Origin: Styela clava
Lineage: Eukaryota
Length of the DNA stretch: 64,000 nucleotides
Direction of reading: 5' to 3'
NCBI RefSeq assembly: GCF_964204865.1
Contig: NC_135257.1
Span: 1,984,001-2,048,000, forward strand
Shown: positions 55,301 to 64,000 of the stretch, piece by piece
Position numbering within the stretch: the first letter of the stretch is position 1
Layout: the number at the start of each line of letters is the position of its first letter
Program-made: the position numbers and the translations under genes
Notes under the pieces: generated by a model
Seen by the model: the letters and a program-made list of their open reading frames with translations, nothing else
Told to the model about the DNA's origin: nothing
Databases searched by the model: none

Positions 55301-58300
55301 GAGAGGTTTGAGTTTATGATGTAAAAAGTCCTTTAACCACTAGGCCAGCACATCCAAATTGAAAAAATGAACAATACTGCCCATGTGTGTGTGTGTGTGA
55401 GAGGTTTGAGTTTATGATATAAAAAGTCTTTTAACCACTAGGCCAGCACATCCAAATTGATAAAATGAACAATACTGCCCATGTGTGTGTGTGTGAGGTT
55501 TGAGTTCATGATGTAGAAAGTCTTTTAACCACTAGGCCAGCACATCCAAATTGATAAAATGAACAATACTGCCCATGTGTGTGTGTGTGAGGTTTGAGTT
55601 TATGATGTAAAGTCTTTTAACCCCTAGGCCAGCTCGTCCAAATTAATAAAATGAACAATACTGCCCATGTGTGTGTGTGTGAGGTTTGAGTTTATGATGT
55701 AAAAAGTCTTTTAACCACTAGGCCAGCACATCCAAATTGAAAAAATGAACAGCACTGCCCATGTGTGTGAGGTTTGAGTTTATGATGTAAAGTCTTTTAA
55801 CCCCTAGGCCAGCTCGTCCAAATTAATAAAATGAACAATACTGCCCATGTGTGTGTGTGTGAGGTTTGAGTTTATGATGTAAAAAGTCTTTTAACCACTA
55901 GGCCAGCACATCCAAATTGAAAAAATGAACAATACTGCCCATGTGTGTGTGTGTGTGAGAGGTTTGAGTTTATGATGTAAAAAGTCCTTTAACCACTAGG
56001 CCAGCACATCCAAATTGAAAAAATGAACAGCACTGCCCATGTGTGTGAGGTTTGAGTTCATGATGTAGAAAGTCTTTTAACCACTAGGCCAGCACATCCA
56101 AATTGATAAAATGAACAATACTGCCCATGTGTGTGTGTGTGAGGTTTGAGTTTATGATGTAAAGTCTTTTAACCCCTAGGCCAGCTCGTCCAAATTAATA
56201 AAATGAACAATACTGCCCATGTGTGTGTGTGTGAGGTTTGAGTTTATGATGTAAAAAATCTTTTAACCACTAGGCCAGCACATCCAAATTGAAAAAATGA
56301 ACAGCACTGCCCATGTGTGTGAGGTTTGAGTTCATGATGTAGAAAGTCTTTTAACCACTAGGCCAGCACATCCAAATTGATAAAATGAACAATACTGCCC
56401 ATGTGTGTGTGTGTGAGGTTTGAGTTTATGATGTAAAGTCTTTTAACCCCTAGGCCAGCTCGTCCAAATTGATAAAATGAACAATACTGCCCATGTGTGT
56501 GTGTGTGAGGTTTGAGTTTATGATGTAAAGTCTTTTAACCCCTAGGCCAGCTCGTCCAAATTAATAAAATGAACAATACTGCCCATGTGTGTGTGTGTGT
56601 GAGGTTTGAGTTTATGATGTAAAAAGTCTTTTAACCACTAGGCCAGCACATCCAAATTGAAAAAATGAACAATACTGCCCATGTGTGTGTGTGTGTGAGA
56701 GGTTTGAGTTTATGATGTAAAAAGTCCTTTAACCACTAGGCCAGCACATCCAAATTGATAAAATGAACAATACTGCCCATGTGTGTGTGTGTGTGAGAGG
56801 TTTGAGTTTATGATGTAAAAAGTCCTTTAACCACTAGGCCAGCACATCCAAATTGATAAAATGAACAATACTGCCCATGTGTGTGAGAGGTTTGAGTTTA
56901 TGATGTAAAAAGTCCTTTAACCACTAGGCCAGCACATCCAAATTGAAAAAATGAACAATACTGCCCATGTGTGTGTGTGTGTGAGAGGTTTGAGTTTATG
57001 ATGTAAAAAGTCCTTTAACCACTAGGCCAGCACATCCAAATTGAAAAAATGAACAATACTGCCCATGTGTGTGTGTGTGTGAGAGGTTTGAGTTTATGAT
57101 GTAAAAAGTCCTTTAACCACTAGGCCAGCACATCCAAATTGATAAAATGAACAATACTGCCCATGTGTGTGTGTGTGTGTGTGAGGTTTGAGTTCATGAT
57201 GTAGAAAGTCTTTTAACCACTAGGCCAGCACATCCAAATTGATAAAATGAACAATACTGCCCATGTGTGTGTGTGAGGTTTGAGTTTATGATGTAAAGTC
57301 TTTTAACCCCTAGGCCAGCTCGTCCAAATTAATAAAATGAACAATACTGCCCATGTGTGTGTGTGTGAGGTTTGAGTTTATGATGTAAAAAGTCTTTTAA
57401 CCACTAGGCCAGCACATCCAAATTGAAAAAATGAACAGCACTGCCCATGTGTGTGTGTGTGTGAGAGGTTTGAGTTTATGATGTAAAAAGTCCTTTAACC
57501 ACTAGGCCAGCACATCCAAATTGAAAAAATGAACAGCACTGCCCATGTGTGTGAGGTTTGAGTTCATGATGTAGAAAGTCTTTTAACCACTAGGCCAGCA
57601 CATCCAAATTGATAAAATGAACAATACTGCCCATGTGTGTGTGTGTGAGGTTTGAGTTTATGATGTAAAGTCTTTTAACCCCTAGGCCAGCTCGTCCAAA
57701 TTAATAAAATGAACAATACTGCCCATGTGTGTGTGTGTGAGGTTTGAGTTTATGATGTAAAAAATCTTTTAACCACTAGGCCAGCACATCCAAATTGAAA
57801 AAATGAACAGCACTGCCCATGTGTGTGAGGTTTGAGTTCATGATGTAGAAAGTCTTTTAACCACTAGGCCAGCACATCCAAATTGATAAAATGAACAATA
57901 CTGCCCATGTGTGTGTGTGTGAGGTTTGAGTTTATGATGTAAAGTCTTTTAACCCCTAGGCCAGCTCGTCCAAATTGATAAAATGAACAATACTGCCCAT
58001 GTGTGTGTGTGTGAGGTTTGAGTTTATGATGTAAAGTCTTTTAACCCCTAGGCCAGCTCGTCCAAATTAATAAAATGAACAATACTGCCCATGTGTGTGT
58101 GTGTGTGAGGTTTGAGTTTATGATGTAAAAAGTCTTTTAACCACTAGGCCAGCACATCCAAATTGAAAAAATGAACAATACTGCCCATGTGTGTGTGTGT
58201 GTGAGAGGTTTGAGTTTATGATGTAAAAAGTCCTTTAACCACTAGGCCAGCACATCCAAATTGATAAAATGAGCAATACTGCCCATGTGTGTGTGTGTGT

Positions 58301-61300
58301 GAGAGGTTTGAGTTTATGATGTAAAAAGTCCTTTAACCACTAGGCCAGCACATCCAAATTGATAAAATGAACAATACTGCCCATGTGTGTGAGAGGTTTG
58401 AGTTTATGATGTAAAAAGTCCTTTAACCACTAGGCCAGCACATCCAAATTGAAAAAATGAACAATACTGCCCATGTGTGTGTGTGTGTGAGAGGTTTGAG
58501 TTTATGATGTAAAAAGTCCTTTAACCACTAGGCCAGCACATCCAAATTGAAAAAATGAACAATACTGCCCATGTGTGTGTGTGTGTGAGAGGTTTGAGTT
58601 TATGATATAAAAAGTCTTTTAACCACTAGGCCAGCACATCCAAATTGATAAAATGAACAATACTGCCCATGTGTGTGTGTGTGAGGTTTGAGTTCATGAT
58701 GTAGAAAGTCTTTTAACCACTAGGCCAGCACATCCAAATTGATAAAATGAACAATACTGCCCATGTGTGTGTGTGTGAGGTTTGAGTTTATGATGTAAAG
58801 TCTTTTAACCCCTAGGCCAGCTCGTCCAAATTAATAAAATGAACAATACTGCCCATGTGTGTGTGTGTGAGGTTTGAGTTTATGATGTAAAAAGTCTTTT
58901 AACCACTAGGCCAGCACATCCAAATTGAAAAAATGAACAGCACTGCCCATGTGTGTGAGGTTTGAGTTTATGATGTAAAGTCTTTTAACCCCTAGGCCAG
59001 CTCGTCCAAATTAATAAAATGAACAATACTGCCCATGTGTGTGTGTGTGAGGTTTGAGTTTATGATGTAAAAAGTCTTTTAACCACTAGGCCAGCACATC
59101 CAAATTGAAAAAATGAACAATACTGCCCATGTGTGTGTGTGTGTGAGAGGTTTGAGTTTATGATGTAAAAAGTCCTTTAACCACTAGGCCAGCACATCCA
59201 AATTGAAAAAATGAACAGCACTGCCCATGTGTGTGAGGTTTGAGTTCATGATGTAGAAAGTCTTTTAACCACTAGGCCAGCACATCCAAATTGATAAAAT
59301 GAACAATACTGCCCATGTGTGTGTGTGTGAGGTTTGAGTTTATGATGTAAAGTCTTTTAACCCCTAGGCCAGCTCGTCCAAATTAATAAAATGAACAATA
59401 CTGCCCATGTGTGTGTGTGTGAGGTTTGAGTTTATGATGTAAAAAATCTTTTAACCACTAGGCCAGCACATCCAAATTGAAAAAATGAACAGCACTGCCC
59501 ATGTGTGTGAGGTTTGAGTTCATGATGTAGAAAGTCTTTTAACCACTAGGCCAGCACATCCAAATTGATAAAATGAACAATACTGCCCATGTGTGTGTGT
59601 GTGAGGTTTGAGTTTATGATGTAAAGTCTTTTAACCCCTAGGCCAGCTCGTCCAAATTGATAAAATGAACAATACTGCCCATGTGTGTGTGTGTGAGGTT
59701 TGAGTTTATGATGTAAAGTCTTTTAACCCCTAGGCCAGCTCGTCCAAATTAATAAAATGAACAATACTGCCCATGTGTGTGTGTGTGTGAGGTTTGAGTT
59801 TATGATGTAAAAAGTCTTTTAACCACTAGGCCAGCACATCCAAATTGAAAAAATGAACAATACTGCCCATGTGTGTGTGTGTGTGAGAGGTTTGAGTTTA
59901 TGATGTAAAAAGTCCTTTAACCACTAGGCCAGCACATCCAAATTGATAAAATGAACAATACTGCCCATGTGTGTGTGTGTGTGAGAGGTTTGAGTTTATG
60001 ATGTAAAAAGTCCTTTAACCACTAGGCCAGCACATCCAAATTGATAAAATGAACAATACTGCCCATGTGTGTGAGAGGTTTGAGTTTATGATGTAAAAAG
60101 TCCTTTAACCACTAGGCCAGCACATCCAAATTGAAAAAATGAACAATACTGCCCATGTGTGTGTGTGTGTGAGAGGTTTGAGTTTATGATGTAAAAAGTC
60201 CTTTAACCACTAGGCCAGCACATCCAAATTGAAAAAATGAACAATACTGCCCATGTGTGTGTGTGTGTGAGAGGTTTGAGTTTATGATGTAAAAAGTCCT
60301 TTAACCACTAGGCCAGCACATCCAAATTGATAAAATGAACAATACTGCCCATGTGTGTGTGTGTGTGTGTGAGGTTTGAGTTCATGATGTAGAAAGTCTT
60401 TTAACCACTAGGCCAGCACATCCAAATTGATAAAATGAACAATACTGCCCATGTGTGTGTGTGAGGTTTGAGTTTATGATGTAAAGTCTTTTAACCCCTA
60501 GGCCAGCTCGTCCAAATTAATAAAATGAACAATACTGCCCATGTGTGTGTGTGTGAGGTTTGAGTTTATGATGTAAAAAGTCTTTTAACCACTAGGCCAG
60601 CACATCCAAATTGAAAAAATGAACAGCACTGCCCATGTGTGTGAGGTTGAGTTTATGATGTAAAGTCTTTTAACCCCTAGGCCAACACGTCCAATTTGAT
60701 AAAATGAACAATACTGCCCATGTGTGTGTGTGTGTGAGAGGTTTGAGTTTATGATGTAAAAAGTCCTTTAACCACTAGGCCAGCACATCCAAATTGAAAA
60801 AATGAACAATACTGCCCATGTATGTGTGTGTATATGTGTGTGTATGTGTGTGTGTGTGTGAAGTTTGAGACTATGATGTAAAAACCTTGAATATAAATAA
60901 CTGCATGCAGCAATGATGACAACCACAAATTCATCACTTCTTCCAATCACGGACAGATTTTTCAGGGGGTGTAAATTTAGAAAAAATAACAAGAGACTTA
61001 AATAAAATATTTCACCTTCAACATTACACAAAGATGTTTCTGGCTGTTCAATTCCTTTCAAGTGTGTTTCAGCATTTGGCGACGGAAGACTGATATTCAT
61101 ATGCTGGGTCTCTGGAACTTCATTAAATCCTTTGAGCAAAAATGAAAGAATTGCAGAGATTATTATCAATTAAATACCTACATTTTAAGTCTTTGTCGTT
61201 GGATGTAATACCTATACATAAAAAACTTCATGATAGAATGTACAAAACTTACCTTCGGGTAATGCCGGGTGAATAATTTTGCATCTAGCTTGATCAGGTG

Positions 61301-64000
61301 TGTCAGGTGCTTCCATCTGCTGGGTTTCAGGAATTTCATCTGAAACAATGCTCAAAATGGACATGTAGGACAAATGAGTAACCACAGCACAGCAGTAGCC
61401 TATGCAACCTAAGCAATCTGATTATTCATATTAATATTATAAAAAAGCCTGCCATTATCCTTCCAGTAACATATTACATATTTACATACAAGTAGATGTT
61501 GTGTCCAATAAATTTACCTATACTTCTGAATTTTTGAAAGTCGTCACTAATTTTAAATGAAATTTATATCATTATTAACCTGCTATGCTAACTCTAAATT
61601 TTTGGATAAAAATATTATAGTGCAGTGGAGATACGAACTCCATTGGATGAACTGTGGCATAAAAACAAGTTGTAGAGGACAAATATAAACTAGTCTTAGA
61701 CTGATATTCAATTACATATTTCATTTTAAAATTATCAATCAATCTTTTGCACTTATGGAGAAGATTGATAAAAAATATTTATCTTTTTAATGCAAATAAT
61801 TTTAATTGAATAAAAACCACTTAAATAACTTTAGACATCAATCCTTACCCAATGAAGCATCAAATCTAGGAGGTGAAAGTCCAGATTCTCTCCATGATCT
61901 TTTAACAAAACATTGTGTATCTGCAATCGGACTAAACTTTTCACGTTCTGGTTCTGGAGTAATTGCATGAATTATTGAGAAAGCATTGTCTGGAAAGAAT
62001 AAGTAATTTTTATATAACATAGAGTAATGGTGGGATAGTATTGTTTCTATTCTTGTTGTTGTATTATTAAGAATACGTTTGGTTAAACAACAGTGTTGTA
62101 TTTATCTTAAATAGGCAAAATTTAGGTGATACAACATAGATATAAGGAATTGGTTTAGTCGTTAGAGAAGCACCGGGCCATAACCATGTTTGATAATTGA
62201 TTTGTAGAAAAAGGACCAAAGGTTCAAAAACCCTGCCCAACACCTCGAGCAGGACGCCATCAAATTGATAGGCAATGCCAAAGCAGAAAGATTTCGTGTC
62301 AGTGTCTCCTTGTACAGAGCCTTAATCAAGGTAAAAGTGTGAAAATAACTCATAAAAAAAAATGGCCACTGCATGTTATAAATAGATGAATTGCCATTGA
62401 CTAAAATGTTGCAGATTTGAGACTTTTGGTTCAAATCACAGTTAGTCCAATGTCCAGACTAGAAGGCCCAGCTCAATTAAAAATACTCCCTTCATATCAA
62501 TATGCCCTGCCCAAGCTACCAATAAAAAATACTTTTCTGAAATAAAATAAAAATATAATAAAAAAATACAGTTTGCTAAGAAAATTCCAGAAGCAATATC
62601 AAAAACAATTTTAAAATTATAGTTTATTTAAACAAAAATTGTTAAACAAATATCAAGTGTTAATTACTTGTAGGCTTATCCGAAGAATTATCATTCACAG
62701 ACATCTTCTCACAGTTTTCTTTTTCATCTTCATTATCAGATGAGGGAGGTGAGAAGATATGTTTTCCTTCTTTCATTCGTTTCATCATGCGTTGCATACT
62801 GTCTGATATCGGTGTTTCATACACAATAGATGGATTTAAAAAACGATATGGCTGAAAAAAAAAGTATTGCATCAAACTTACAAATTCACTGCCAAAACAT
62901 AAAATTTTGCAAAATAAAGTATGTACACTTTCTGGATTATTAAATAATACAAAATAACGAAATACAATTGTTGTATTTTTTTCAATGTAAATTTCTACCG
63001 TTAATATTAATTGATTATTTAATATTTATACAATATAATTGACAAAAAATAGTATCACAAGCAAGTATCATCACCAGGGCTGAGGAGTCTGGGAGTGAGG
63101 GAGAACTTAATAAACCCAAATTTAATGCTAAATTGAAAATTATTTTCCCAAAAAGCAAGGTAAAAGAAATTTTGACACTATCCAATAAGCCAATTTTACA
63201 GAATATTGAATTTTCTAAAAATTTCAACATTCAAAATTTATGAAAAAACTCACAGATGGGGGATGAAACGGAGTATCTGCTGCTAAAATTCCATACTTTC
63301 TATTGAATGCTGGATTAGACGGTGTTGCGGCATCTAAAAATAAGTTTCAATGTCTGAGGTATGCTTCATGCAAGGCAGGAAAAATATTTACCGTAACTAG
63401 CACTTGTTCTGTTTGTAAATCACTCTCGATGACACACTATTACAACGAATTTTGGATTAGCGAGTTTGGATCAAAATTGATTCTACTAGACTTCAGACAC
63501 AATTTTAGAGATTTTCACCTAAAAAGGCATTTTTAGATAACATTCTTAAAAAAGCCCAGTCTCACCTGGTGTATTGTTTGCACTTCGGCTGTTCGTTACT
63601 AATGGAGATTGGAACATGATTCTGGCATGTTTTTTATCAAATCTTGCTTTTCTTCTTTTCAACCTTTCTGCGCTTTTACGTATTGCATCTTCTGGTTCCT
63701 GAGGTTGCATTTCATAAAACCTCTAGAAAATTTGGGTAAATATAATAGTGCATAAGGCCATAAGCGTGGTATATTATGAGAAAAAATAATTATTTTTTTA
63801 ATATACGACGCAGCCGACGCTTATACATGCATTTTGTTTTAAACAAGGCCATACACAAGCGTCTGACGATATGTAAGGATATGTAATTTGCAACACCAAC
63901 TCTTCAACTGCCAAGCAGCCGAGGGTCCAATCAGTAAACAATCGAAAATATGCAATAATTTTTTGTTCACCTTTGGAGGTTTATACTTAGATACATCAAA
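46389..64000 (-). CDS. MCPH1: Microcephalin (tandem C-terminal BRCT domains); N-terminal BRCT exons lie beyond the window
   Basis: Frame-consistent exons: >64000-63971, 63722-63566, 63333-63254, 62851-62668, 61989-61849, 61339-61253, 61129-61016, 53439-53394, 53027-52840, 52509-52430, ~52332-52278, 50909-50685, 50006-49947, 49694-49599, 48643-48502, 48164-48002, 47470-47291, 46824-46692, 46444-46389. BRCT2 (VIVLTNFHS...TTHVVCGAARRTMNVLRAIAKGLWLLSKNWV...GFWLEEESYE), BRCT3 (LRELVSLCGGRI...VNETWVLDCVSE) and the post-BRCT1 EMQP segment match MCPH1. Middle low-complexity exons are less certain. Confidence 0.88.
48838..49447. mobile_element. Degenerate non-autonomous DNA transposon (possibly Harbinger-like termini)
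   Basis: CpG-rich intronic insert starting CAGGGGTTGGGAAGGGGGG and ending CCCCCTGGATC, with an internal direct repeat CAAT(C/T)(C/T)GCGGACATAAAA at ~48922 and ~49237. No TSD identified. Confidence 0.4.
50455..50560 (+). mobile_element. tRNA-derived SINE remnant
   Basis: Intact B-box CAGGTTCGAATCC followed by CCACCTCACGTGAGGCGTAATAAAT, matching the 32790-32992 copy. It does not form a full cloverleaf. Confidence 0.55.
50953..51498. mobile_element. Non-autonomous hAT-family element (546 bp)
   Basis: 8-bp TSD GTATATCT at 50945-50952 and 51499-51506, TIRs CAGGGGTGGCAC / GTGCCCACCCCTG, and subterminal GAGCCGCA repeats. It lies in an MCPH1 intron. Confidence 0.9.
53621..60884. repeat. Intronic satellite: ~77 tandem units of ~88-100 bp with higher-order repeat structure
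   Basis: Unit is GAGGTTTGAGTTTATGATGTAAAAAGTCTTTTAACCACTAGGCCAGCACATCCAAATTGATAAAATGAACAATACTGCCCA+(TG)n. Hand-counted blocks start at 53717 (18 units), 55401 (18), 57083 (16), 58589 (18) and 60271 (6 plus a partial). Diverged edge copies are at 53621 and 60860. The array fills MCPH1 intron 53440-61015. Confidence 0.98.

Noticed and set aside
53621-60884. CRISPR array or tandem coding/exon array
   Set aside because: There are no unique spacers (only TG-length and SNP variants) and no cas genes, and the context is a eukaryotic intron. No ORF runs through the units.
53621-60884. Functional tRNA gene cluster
   Set aside because: The A-box is present, but the B-box is eroded, there is no acceptor or anticodon stem, and many units have an internal T5 run.

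Overview
AT-rich, intron-dense animal genomic DNA. The compact introns and repeat types suggest an invertebrate chordate such as an ascidian, but that is an inference. Four spliced genes were rebuilt by hand with frame-consistent junctions: (1) the 3' part of a heparan sulfate glucosamine 3-O-sulfotransferase-like gene (+, 714-2574); (2) a complete 25-exon OSBPL1A/ORP1L gene with ankyrin, PH, FFAT and ORD regions (-, 34466-6126, ~1068 aa); (3) a complete 13-exon CFAP52/WDR16 gene (+, 36926-44398, 615 aa), head-to-head with ORP1L and preceded by an RFX X-box; (4) most of MCPH1/microcephalin (-, 5' end beyond the window, stop at 46389), which has one GC-AG intron. The most striking non-coding feature is a 7.3-kb array of ~77 copies of an ~88-100-bp unit filling one MCPH1 intron. 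The array is organised as 18-mer/16-mer higher-order repeats with a 3,188-bp super-period. On the minus strand the monomer looks like a tRNA/SINE head (perfect Pol III A-box, eroded B-box) fused to a (CA)n microsatellite. Introns and intergenic DNA also carry hAT-type MITEs with 8-bp TSDs, TTAGGG-containing MITEs, a foldback-like MITE and tRNA-derived SINE remnants. No prokaryotic systems are present.
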